NCBI GenBank assembly: GCA_947476875.1
Contig: CANJSG010000003.1
Location: 177 to 64,176 of the forward strand
Origin: Verrucomicrobiota bacterium
GTDB taxonomy: Bacteria; Verrucomicrobiota; Verrucomicrobiia; Limisphaerales; CANJSG01
Direction of reading: 5' to 3'
Length of the DNA stretch: 64,000 nucleotides
The position numbers and the translations under genes were made by a program. Within the stretch, counting starts at the first letter, position 1; every line of letters begins with the position of its first letter. Below are positions 1 through 8,216 of this stretch, piece by piece. A model generated the notes under the pieces. The model worked only from the letters and a program-made list of their open reading frames with translations, was not told the DNA's origin and did no database searches.

Positions 1-457
1 GTGGCGCGCCCGGGCCATTGGCTACAAGGCGGTCATCGAAGTCTCCGCCATCAACGGCCACGGCCTCGGAGACCTCGTCGCCGCGCTCATGAAGTGCATG
101 CCGGTCGGCCAGGCGCTCTACCCGGAAAACGAAGTGACGAACACTTCGCGGGAGTTCGCCGCCGGCGAATTGATCCGTGAACAGATCTACCTGCGGATGG
201 GCGACGAGATCCCCTACCGCACCCGTGTCGAGATCGGTTCCATCGAGGAACGGAAAACCAAGCTGGGCGAACCGCTCATCGCCATCCTCGCGACCATCCT
301 CGTCGCCAGCGACCGCTACAAAGCCATGGTCATCGGCGCGGGTGGCCAGCGCATCCACCAGCTCAATTCCGATTCACGCAAGGAGCTCGAGCGCCACTTC
401 GGCAAGAAGGTCTTCCTCGACTGCGACGTCATGGTCGACAAGACGATCCTCGAATGA
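1..457 (+). CDS. era: GTPase Era, C-terminal part with KH domain; 5' end is outside the window
   Basis: The frame is open from the window edge (same frame as ORF 89..457). The sequence ...EFAAGELIREQIYLRMGDEIPY...AMVIGAGGQRIHQL...VFLDCDVMV resembles the Era KH region. GC3 is high. Confidence 0.85.
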   Translation, partial: WRARAIGYKAVIEVSAINGHGLGDLVAALMKCMPVGQALYPENEVTNTSREFAAGELIREQIYLRMGDEIPYRTRVEIGSIEERKTKLGEPLIAILATILVASDRYKAMVIGAGGQRIHQLNSDSRKELERHFGKKVFLDCDVMVDKTILE

Positions 458-470
458 CCCCCCGACGAAC

Positions 471-890
471 ATGCCCCGGCCGAAGACATCCATTCCCGCC
501 GCCGCCGTCCGAGTAGGCTCCAGTCGGATCAACGGCCGCGGCATCTACGCCGCCGCTCCCCTGCCGGGCCGGCGCAAGCTCGGCGAGATCACCGGGTGCC
601 TCGTCCAACTCCCGGGGGCGCGGAAGGCCATCGCCGATTCACCGAAGATCTACTTCGTCGAACTCGACGACCAATGGGCGCTCGACTGCTCGGACGGCGG
701 TCCGTTCAAGCACCTGAACCACTCCTGCGAGCCCAACTGCTACCTCCGCATCAACCGTCAACGCCTCGAAGTCTACGCGTTGCGACCGATCGCGGCGGGA
801 GCCGAACTGACCGTCGACTACGGCGTCACGCCCCATGCCGGCGGGATGGTGTGCCGTTGCGGAGCGAAGGGCTGCCGCCGGATTCTCTGA
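471..890 (+). CDS. SET domain-containing protein (putative protein-lysine methyltransferase), 139 aa
   Basis: ATG at 471 is in frame with ORF 177..890, 14 nt after the era stop. Motifs: GRGIYA, NHSCEPNC, ELTVDY, and a C-terminal CRCGAKGC post-SET-like Cys cluster. Confidence 0.8.
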   Translation: MPRPKTSIPAAAVRVGSSRINGRGIYAAAPLPGRRKLGEITGCLVQLPGARKAIADSPKIYFVELDDQWALDCSDGGPFKHLNHSCEPNCYLRINRQRLEVYALRPIAAGAELTVDYGVTPHAGGMVCRCGAKGCRRIL

Positions 891-946
891 TTGCTCCCCG
901 TTTCCGGGCGGTTGACGCATCGCCCGCGCCTGCCAAGTTCGGGAGC

Positions 947-2713
947 GTGAATTGTCCGCTGATCTTCCCGGTTCGTCCGGCGCGCTGGCTCACCTGCCTC
1001 GCCGTCTTCTCAAGCTTCGTTCTCACCTCGTCGGCCCAGGAACTTCCCGTGAAGGAGCACACGCTCTCGAACGGCATGAAGATCCTGCTCGTGAAACGGG
1101 AAGGCGATCCGACCATCGCCGCAGGCTGGGTCGCCCATGTGGGGAGCGCCAACGAACGTCCCGGCATCACCGGCATCGCGCATCTCTTCGAACACATGAT
1201 GTTCAAGGGCACGCCCACCATCGGCACCAAGGACGGCAAGAAGGACGCCGAGATCATGGTGGAACAGGAACGCGTCCGCGACCTGATGCGCGCCGAGGAG
1301 GCGAAGGTCCGCGCCGCCTGGCGCCGGGGCGACATCGACGATCCGGCGAAATACGACAACATGACGCCGCGTTGGCGTGAACTGGAGGCGGACTTCAAGA
1401 AGCTTATCCAGGCCCAGCGCGACGTCCTGGTGAAGAACGAATTCGACCGCCTCTACAGCGGCCAGGGCGCGTCCGGCATGAACGCCTTCACCACCGAGGA
1501 CCTCACGGGCTATTTCATCGTCGTCCCGGCCAACAAGCTGGAGCTCTGGTGCTGGATGGAGTCCGAACGGCTACTGCGGCCCGTCTTCCGCGAGTTCTAC
1601 GCCGAGCGCGACGTCGTCTTCGAAGAACGCCGCATGCGCGTCGAGTCCACTCCGTTGGGCAAGTTCGCCGAGAGCTTCAACTCGATGGTCTGGGAGTCGC
1701 ATCCCTACGGCTGGCCGGTGATCGGCTGGCCTTCGGACATTCCGGCCATCTCGAAGAAGGACGCCGATGAATTCTACGCGCTCTACTACCAGCCGCAGAA
1801 CTTGACCGCGATCCTGGTCGGCAGCTTCGAGACCGACGCGGCGATCGCCATGGCGGAGAAATACCTCGGCCGCATTCCGCGCGGTGCCCAGCCCGCGCCC
1901 GACGTGATCACGTTGGAAGTGAAGCAGCTCACCGAGAAACGCATGTATGCCGAGGCGGAAACCAATCCGCAGGTCGACATCGTCTGGCACACGGTTCCAT
2001 TTCGGCACAAGGACTCCTATGCGCTCCAGGTCCTCTCGCAGCTTCTTTCCGGCCGCACCGGCCGCCTCTACAAGGGACTTGTGGTCGGGTCGAAGGTCGC
2101 CACCGAGGCCTACGGCCAGCAGCAGTCGCAGAAGTGGGCCGGCATCTTCAACGTCGGCGGCGAAGCGGCCGAAGGGAAAACCCCCGAGGAGGTCGAGACC
2201 GGGCTCTACGCCGAGCTTGAGAAGCTGAAGACCGAGGAGGTTCCCGACATGGAGCTGCAGAAGGTGAAGAACCAGTTCGCCGCCGCCGAATACCGCAAGC
2301 TCTCCGGCAACATGCCGATCCTCTACCAGCTCATCTTCAACGAAGGCCGGGGCTCCTGGTTGGAGATCAACGAAGCCGGGAAGAAACTCCAGGCGGTCAC
2401 GGCAGCGGACGTGAAACGCGTCGCATCAACCTACCTCACGAAGGAGAACCGAACTGTCGCCATCTACACCCGCAAGGCCGGCACCAAGGTCGACGAGGAT
2501 GCCGATCTCACCGGGCTCGAGCCGCAGCAGAAACCCGTCGTGAAGCAGTTCATGAACGCCATGGCGACGGTCAAGGACGTCGCCCAGCTCGAAGCGCAGA
2601 AGGCCCAGTTCGAGAGCCGCCTCAAGTCAGCGAACGACAAGACCAAACCCTTCGTCACGATCATGCTGAAGAAACTCCAGGCCCGGATCGACGAGCTGAA
2701 GGCGGGGAAGTGA
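947..2713 (+). CDS. M16 family zinc peptidase (insulinase-like), active-type subunit, secreted
   Basis: HxxEH zinc motif (HLFEHMMFKG). A signal-like N-terminus follows the in-frame GTG at 947. The upstream part of ORF 596..2713 overlaps the SET gene, so the start is uncertain. Confidence 0.85.
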   Translation: MNCPLIFPVRPARWLTCLAVFSSFVLTSSAQELPVKEHTLSNGMKILLVKREGDPTIAAGWVAHVGSANERPGITGIAHLFEHMMFKGTPTIGTKDGKKDAEIMVEQERVRDLMRAEEAKVRAAWRRGDIDDPAKYDNMTPRWRELEADFKKLIQAQRDVLVKNEFDRLYSGQGASGMNAFTTEDLTGYFIVVPANKLELWCWMESERLLRPVFREFYAERDVVFEERRMRVESTPLGKFAESFNSMVWESHPYGWPVIGWPSDIPAISKKDADEFYALYYQPQNLTAILVGSFETDAAIAMAEKYLGRIPRGAQPAPDVITLEVKQLTEKRMYAEAETNPQVDIVWHTVPFRHKDSYALQVLSQLLSGRTGRLYKGLVVGSKVATEAYGQQQSQKWAGIFNVGGEAAEGKTPEEVETGLYAELEKLKTEEVPDMELQKVKNQFAAAEYRKLSGNMPILYQLIFNEGRGSWLEINEAGKKLQAVTAADVKRVASTYLTKENRTVAIYTRKAGTKVDEDADLTGLEPQQKPVVKQFMNAMATVKDVAQLEAQKAQFESRLKSANDKTKPFVTIMLKKLQARIDELKAGK

Positions 2714-2743
2714 ATTGAGAACCTCGATCATCCAAGGAAAACA

Positions 2744-3472
2744 ATGAAACTGCTCCCCCTCCTGTCGTCACTTCTGATTCTGACCAGATCGTTAAATGCA
2801 GAAACTTTTTATGGAACAACGTCCTCCACCAACCGGTTAATAGTGCCACTTGGGCAGGTTGCTTTATTTGACGGAGCCTACGGCACACAGAATGGCGAAG
2901 GTTTCTCCTTGGGCTCGATCACAACTGACGTCCAGACGAACTCATTCGTAACGTTCGTGAAAAAGAATAACCAGCCTGCGATTGCCGGCCCTGCGGAACT
3001 TGTCATTACGAACTCGGCTCTGATTGTGTTGAGCCGTATCGCATCGACCAACGTCGTAACTCGAATCTTCAATTCGCCATTTAAGTCAACGAATCTTGTA
3101 GTCTCGGTGCCGGCATCCAAAAGAATCAGACTCTTCCAACCGATCGCAGAAGTCTGGTCTCTATGGGCTGGGAATAATGTTCCTCAGTTCTATATCGGAG
3201 ATCAAATTTCTCAACCACGGGGTCCGATCGTGGAGATGGATGGTCCCATCAGCATTTGGGTTACTCAAAATGGTGCGTTCGGAGGGACCTTGGTTTCCTA
3301 TATTTTGATTGATCAAACTGCAATTCAAGGTCCGGCGGCAGCGCTTGAGACCTCTGCGCAGCGGACAGTTTGGATCGACAGGTCAAGCAACCTCACGAAT
3401 TGGATTCCTTCCGCCCTCTTGCATCCCGAAGAAAGCGGAGCTGAATTCTACCGGCTTCGGATCCAGAAATAG
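2744..3472 (+). CDS. hypothetical secreted protein, 242 aa, in an AT-richer segment
   Basis: N-terminal signal peptide (MKLLPLLSSLLILTRSLNAE). The ORF is uninterrupted in a locally low-GC stretch. I recognise no family. Confidence 0.6.
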   Translation: MKLLPLLSSLLILTRSLNAETFYGTTSSTNRLIVPLGQVALFDGAYGTQNGEGFSLGSITTDVQTNSFVTFVKKNNQPAIAGPAELVITNSALIVLSRIASTNVVTRIFNSPFKSTNLVVSVPASKRIRLFQPIAEVWSLWAGNNVPQFYIGDQISQPRGPIVEMDGPISIWVTQNGAFGGTLVSYILIDQTAIQGPAAALETSAQRTVWIDRSSNLTNWIPSALLHPEESGAEFYRLRIQK

Positions 3473-3524
3473 CGATGCCGTCGTTGAACTTGGGTCGAAC
3501 CGCCAAATCGCCCACACTCCTTCC

Positions 3525-3719
3525 ATGAACGAGACCAAGACATCCGAAGAGCTGAAGGCCGAGTTCCTCCGCTGGAGGCAACTCGAAGCCGAAGAGCGGA
3601 TGCAGTCGGTGCGCTTGGGCGAAAGCGGCGCATTGTCCTGGTCAGCGTCGCGCGAAACCTCCGATTTCGACCGGTCATCCCTTCTCTATGAAATCGAGCT
3701 GGAAGCTGATCGACGTTGA
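3525..3719 (+). CDS. small hypothetical protein, 64 aa; overlaps the next gene by 32 nt
   Basis: ATG at 3525 is in frame with ORF 3309..3719. The N-terminal half is charged and helical-looking (SEELKAEFLRWRQLEAEERMQ). Support is position and context only. Confidence 0.3.
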   Translation: MNETKTSEELKAEFLRWRQLEAEERMQSVRLGESGALSWSASRETSDFDRSSLLYEIELEADRR

Positions 3720-4437
3720 GGAAGTCATCAGGCTTTTCCCTGAGCAGGTGATCCTTTGCGGAGGACAGGCCGTAGCCTATTGGGCTTGGCGTTTCCGGCT
3801 CCAGGAGGTGGTCAGCAAGGACATCGATGTCGTGGCGGAACGCGGATTCATCCATCGCCTCCATAAGCTCAACGGCGGGTCGGTCTATTTCCCCGACGAG
3901 CGTGAGATGACCAATTTCCGGGGACGCGTCTCCTTCGCCTATCGCGACCAGATCCTCGACATCGAAGCGCTCCATGCCGTGCCGGGACTGGAGGACAACG
4001 CGGAGGACATATCCCTCCGGGTCGAGCTGCCTTCCGGCGGATCGATCCTCGTGCTGCACCCGGTCGCACTCTGCCAGTCCAAGCTCTACAACGTCCGCCA
4101 TTTCAACCAGGCAAACCGCAACGATCTCGCGCATCTCAGGACCGCGATGAAGGCTGCAGCCCTCTGGCTTGGAGAACTCGCCGAAGCGGACGACGTCGAG
4201 GCAGTGTTCTTCATCAATCGCTGGTTTAGGACGGTGCGTGCCCGGGCCAACCTGCGTGTTCTCGTCGAACACGGCATCGATTGGACGGATCTCGTGCCGC
4301 TCCCCCAACTTCAGGCAGCAGCAGAAAAACACCCACGAATCGCTTCTTTCCTCCAGATTCAATGGCCGCGCATGAAGGACGAAATCCTTCGCCGCACGGC
4401 CGACCTCAGCTCCGAACCCGAAATACCGGAATCATGA
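3688..4437 (+). CDS. nucleotidyltransferase-fold protein (minimal NTase, AbiEii/DUF1814-like by motif)
   Basis: The pattern ILCGGQAVAYW...SKDIDVV (GG then DxD) fits the Pol-beta NTase signature. The stop overlaps the next start codon in ATGA (4434..4437). Confidence 0.55.
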   Translation: MKSSWKLIDVEEVIRLFPEQVILCGGQAVAYWAWRFRLQEVVSKDIDVVAERGFIHRLHKLNGGSVYFPDEREMTNFRGRVSFAYRDQILDIEALHAVPGLEDNAEDISLRVELPSGGSILVLHPVALCQSKLYNVRHFNQANRNDLAHLRTAMKAAALWLGELAEADDVEAVFFINRWFRTVRARANLRVLVEHGIDWTDLVPLPQLQAAAEKHPRIASFLQIQWPRMKDEILRRTADLSSEPEIPES

Positions 4438-5936
4438 AACCTTCCAGCCTGTTCATCCTTTTTGTGACCACCGTTGGCCTCATCGCCGCCGACATCCCGG
4501 ACCGTCCGGAGAAGCTGAAGTTCCCGTCGCTGACCTTCACGCCGCCGAACCCGGCCGACTACCGCGTCCCGCTCAAGGCCGGCCCGGTCGCCTACGTCGT
4601 GCCCGACCGCGAACTGCCGTTGGTCAGCATCTCCATCACCGTCCGCACCGGCGGCTACGTCGTGCCCGAGGGCAAGGAAGGCCTCGAAGAACTCACCGGC
4701 TACCTCATCGCCCGGGGCGGCACGAAATCGAAAAAAGCCGAGGAGCTTGAAGAACGCCTCGCTTTCCTCGCGGCACAGCTCGGTTCATCCGTCGGCGAAA
4801 CCCGCGGCAGCGTTTCGCTCAACCTCCTCTCCAAGGACCTCGACGAAGGCCTGTCCATCCTGCGCGAAGTCCTGACCCAGCCGCGTTTCCAGGACGACAA
4901 GCTCGCCCTGCGCAAGCAGCAGATGCTTCAAGCGATGAAGCAGCGCAACGACGAGTCCGAAGCCATCGAGGAGCGCGAAGCCTCGTTCCTGGCCTACGGA
5001 GAAAAGTTCTGGGCCAACCGCCAGACCACCGCCGCTTCCGTCGAGGCCGTGACGCGCGCCGACATCGAGGCGTTTCACAGGCGCTGGTTTCATCCGGGCA
5101 ACTTCACCATCGCCGTCAACGGCGACTTCGAACGCGACGCCATGGTGGCGCGGCTGGAGAAGCTCCTCGCCGACTGGCCATCTCAAGGCGACAAGCCTCC
5201 GGCCGTTCCGACGGACACCCAGATGGCGTCGCCCGGCGTCTACATGGTCAACAAAGACGTCAACCAGGGCCGCGTCACCGTCATGCTCCCCGGCATCCTG
5301 CGCGAGGACCCCGACTTCATGCCCGCGCGCCTCATGAACTACATCCTCGGCGGCGGCGGCTTCACCTCGCGGCTGATGACCAGGATCCGTTCCGACGAGG
5401 GGCTGGCCTACTCGGCGGGTTCCAGCGTTCCCGGAGGCATCGACTATCCGTTGGCCGTCACGGCGTCGTTCCAGAGCAAGTCCCCCACCGTCGCCTACGC
5501 CACGGCGATCATCCTCGAGGAGTTGGCCACGGTGCGGAACCAACCGGTGAGCGACGAGGAGCTGAACTCCACGAAGAAATATTTCACCGAGGTCTTCCCT
5601 CGCACCTTCGCCAGCAAGGCCGCCGTGGCGGGAACGTTTGCCGACGATGAATTCACCGGCCGTTTCGCCAAACATCCCGACTTCTGGAAGACCTACCGCG
5701 ACCGCCTCAACGCCGTGACCAAGGCCGACGTGCAGCGCGCCGCCCAGCGCCTGCTCAACACGAACAACCTCGTCGTTCTCGTTGTCGGCCAGAAGGACGA
5801 GGTCCTCAAGGGCCACCCGACGCACAAGGCCTCGCTCAAGGAGATCGGCCGTGGATCCGTCAGCGAGTTGCCCCTGCGCGACCCGCTCACCATGAAGCCG
5901 ATCACCAGCGGTGAAGCGAAGCCGACGGAGAAGTGA
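4434..5936 (+). CDS. M16 family peptidase, non-catalytic-type subunit (no HxxEH), secreted
   Basis: ATG at 4434 is followed by a signal peptide (MKPSSLFILFVTTVGLIAA). The layout is M16-like, but ELTGYLIARGG sits where HxxEH would be. Confidence 0.85.
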   Translation: MKPSSLFILFVTTVGLIAADIPDRPEKLKFPSLTFTPPNPADYRVPLKAGPVAYVVPDRELPLVSISITVRTGGYVVPEGKEGLEELTGYLIARGGTKSKKAEELEERLAFLAAQLGSSVGETRGSVSLNLLSKDLDEGLSILREVLTQPRFQDDKLALRKQQMLQAMKQRNDESEAIEEREASFLAYGEKFWANRQTTAASVEAVTRADIEAFHRRWFHPGNFTIAVNGDFERDAMVARLEKLLADWPSQGDKPPAVPTDTQMASPGVYMVNKDVNQGRVTVMLPGILREDPDFMPARLMNYILGGGGFTSRLMTRIRSDEGLAYSAGSSVPGGIDYPLAVTASFQSKSPTVAYATAIILEELATVRNQPVSDEELNSTKKYFTEVFPRTFASKAAVAGTFADDEFTGRFAKHPDFWKTYRDRLNAVTKADVQRAAQRLLNTNNLVVLVVGQKDEVLKGHPTHKASLKEIGRGSVSELPLRDPLTMKPITSGEAKPTEK

Positions 5937-6424
5937 GCGGTTGCGTCAGCCGACCGGTTTACGGCACGAGGCGGGCCCAGTAGAAACCCGAACCCGATAC
6001 CGGCGGCGTGTTTGTGGACCGCGCAGTTCCGGAGAGAGCCGAGTTGGTAGCCAAGACCTCCCAAAACACCGGCTGGTTGAGACTGGGGGTCCGCTCAAGA
6101 CGAGACCCAAAACCCGGAATTCCGGGAACCTCCCTGCGCGCTCGGCCGTCACCCACGAGCTGGGAAGTGCTGCAGTTTTAGGCCGGATCAGACGGTGCCA
6201 GATCCAGCGAGTCGACCGTTCCATAGTTGGAACTTCCTCCGCGCTGGAGGATGCCGCGGACGCGGTGAGAAGCCAGGCTGCCAGAAGAGCGCGCCGAAAT
6301 CCTTCACCGGGGAACATGGCGCAGACTCGCGAACGGTTTCCCGGTTCGTCAGGCCAAAACTTCCCAAGCCTTTCGCCGCGCCCGCGTTTGCTCCGGCTCT
6401 TTCCGCCTGCCAGTTTGAAGGCCG

Positions 6425-7102
6425 ATGTCCGCAGCCCAACATTCCGTCGTCGAAGTCACCGATCTTGCGAAGGCCTACGCGGGACGCGCGGTGTTGGACG
6501 GAGTGAGCTTCACCGTGGCCGCCGGCGAACGCGTGGCGCTGACGGGCCCATCCGGTTCCGGCAAGACCACGCTGCTCAACTGCCTCGGCGGCGTGGATCG
6601 CGCCGACTCCGGCAGCATACGGCTCGACGGCCAGGCGCTCGAATCGCTCTCCAGCGACGGCTTGGCCGCGCTGCGCCGTTCGCGCATCGGCACCATCTTC
6701 CAGTTCTTCCACCTCCTGCCGACCTTGAGCGCGGCGGAGAACATCGAGTTCCCGCTGCAGCTTCTCGGACTGCCCACCGCCGAACGCACCGAGCGCGTCC
6801 GCGCCTTGCTGGATCGCGTCCAGATCGCCCACCGCGCCGACGCCCGGCCGGCGCAGCTTTCCGGCGGCGAGATGCAACGCGTCGCCATCGCCCGCGCGCT
6901 CGTGCACCGGCCCGCGCTCATTCTCGCCGACGAACCGACGGGCAACCTCGACTCCGCCAATGGCGTCATCGTCCTCCAACTTCTCCGTGAATTGACGGAC
7001 GAAACCCGCACCGCCCTCGTGCTCGTGACCCACAGCGAGGAGGCCGCCGCGATCTGCCATCGCCGCATCCATCTGCGCGACGGCCGGATGGTGGAGATGT
7101 AA
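6425..7102 (+). CDS. ABC transporter ATP-binding protein (LolD/MacB-type)
   Basis: Walker A GPSGSGKTT, ABC signature LSGGEMQR, Walker B LILADEPT, and an H-loop (VTHS). Confidence 0.9.
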   Translation: MSAAQHSVVEVTDLAKAYAGRAVLDGVSFTVAAGERVALTGPSGSGKTTLLNCLGGVDRADSGSIRLDGQALESLSSDGLAALRRSRIGTIFQFFHLLPTLSAAENIEFPLQLLGLPTAERTERVRALLDRVQIAHRADARPAQLSGGEMQRVAIARALVHRPALILADEPTGNLDSANGVIVLQLLRELTDETRTALVLVTHSEEAAAICHRRIHLRDGRMVEM

Positions 7103-7215
7103 GTGGAATCAAGGCCCGCCTTCTTGGCCAATTTCTCCTCGGCCAGATCTCGGGCTTCGCGGCGCTGGCGGACGTTCTGCACCAGGGCGGCGAGAACCGG
7201 GCCACGTTCCAGCAT
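7086..7215 (-). pseudogene. possible remnant of an XRE-family helix-turn-helix gene
   Basis: The minus-strand translation MLERGPVLAALVQNVRQRREARDLAEEKLAKKAGLDSTYISTI resembles an XRE HTH (...LSQEELAEKAGLSRSYIS.IE). The similarity ends inside the 3' end of the ABC gene. Confidence 0.25.
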
Positions 7216-7287
7216 GACTCATAGTCCATGCGGAAACGGGCCGGAACTCCATGCCCGATCAGCCTGGTCCTGCGGGCCGACCCGACG

Positions 7288-8031
7288 TCACCGCAGCAGC
7301 GCCGAGTGCCGTTTGATCCAGAGCTCCGCTTCCTCGAAGGCGGGGCAGACGGCGGCGACTTCGCGCCAGAAGCGGGCGGAGTGGTTCATCTGCCGGACGT
7401 GCATGAGCTCGTGCAGGATGATGTAGTCGCGCACGGAGTCCGGCGTCTGGATGAGCCGCCAGTTGAGGGAGATGGTGCCGGTGCGGGAACACGATCCCCA
7501 GCGCGACCGCTGGTTGCGCACGCTCACACGGCGGATGGCCACGGCATGGAGCGCGGCGAGTTCGAGCACGCGCGGTGGAAGTTCGCAGGCGGCCCGCTTG
7601 CGGAGATGTTTCTCGATGGCCGGCCGCACGTCGCCGGCGGCATCGGTCACCCTGACGGATTGATCGGCGAAGCGGACAACCCGGCCGGACGCGTGTGCTT
7701 CGAGCAAAACCTGTTCGCCGCGGTAGTGGACGGTGCCACCGACGCGCCAGTCGGTCGGAAGAACGGGCCGGGCGGCGAGGCGGAGAAGCTGGCGTTCGAG
7801 CCACGCCGTCTGGCGTTCGGCGAAGCGCCGGCCCTCCGCGAGGGATCCGCGCCACGGCACGGTGACGCGGGCGGTGCCGTCGGTTTTCAGGCGCAGGATG
7901 TAGCGGCGGGCGCGTTGGCTGCGGGTGAACGTGACGGGCACGGCCTGGCCGCCGACCAAAAGGACATCGCCTGCGGCTGCGGGCTCGGGAACGGACTTGC
8001 GGCGGGGGAGGAACTGGAGGTCCGGCTGCAT
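7288..8031 (-). CDS. YgjP-like metallopeptidase (DUF45 / M48 family)
   Basis: WGSCSRTGTISLNWRL...ILHELMHVRQMNHSARFW is the DUF45 HExxH region. Confidence 0.85.
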   Translation of the reverse strand: MQPDLQFLPRRKSVPEPAAAGDVLLVGGQAVPVTFTRSQRARRYILRLKTDGTARVTVPWRGSLAEGRRFAERQTAWLERQLLRLAARPVLPTDWRVGGTVHYRGEQVLLEAHASGRVVRFADQSVRVTDAAGDVRPAIEKHLRKRAACELPPRVLELAALHAVAIRRVSVRNQRSRWGSCSRTGTISLNWRLIQTPDSVRDYIILHELMHVRQMNHSARFWREVAAVCPAFEEAELWIKRHSALLR

Positions 8032-8038
8032 CGCCGGA

Positions 8039-8191
8039 TCACTGGAAGAGCTGGGGCGCGCGCAGGCGGAACGTGACGCGACCGTCGTCCGCCCTCTCGG
8101 GCGAACGGACGACGACGGACGCGGATTCGACGCCGGCCAACAGGGTGACTCCGCCGCCGAACGAGACGAGGGATGCGAGGCGGGTCTTCAT
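8039..8191 (-). pseudogene. 50-codon ORF that looks like the N-terminal fragment of a secreted esterase/CBM-type protein
   Basis: My translation: MKTRLASLVSFGGGVTLLAGVESASVVVRSPERADDGRVTFRLRAPQLFQ*. This is a signal peptide plus a (V)TFRLRAP motif typical of esterase N-terminal Ig-like domains. It stops 7 nt before the DUF45 gene start. Confidence 0.25.
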
Positions 8192-8216
8192 GAGGCGGCC
8201 GTGGGCGACGGCACTG

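Noticed and set aside
177-470. N-terminal extension of the SET ORF overlapping era
   Set aside because: It is Ser/Arg/Pro-rich and out of frame with the era gene it overlaps. The internal ATG at 471, just after the era stop, gives a normal SET protein.
3688-3719. Programmed frameshift fusing the 64-codon ORF to the NTase-fold ORF
   Set aside because: There is no X XXY YYZ slippery heptamer or obvious downstream structure in the 32-nt overlap. Two overlapping genes is the simpler reading.
5946-6317. Minus-strand 123-aa ORF with a signal-peptide-like N-terminus (FRRALLAAWLLTASAASSSAEE) in the long gap before the ABC gene
   Set aside because: Third-position GC is only about 60 % by hand count, against very high values in neighbouring genes. 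The C-terminal two thirds are Arg-rich nonsense-like sequence.
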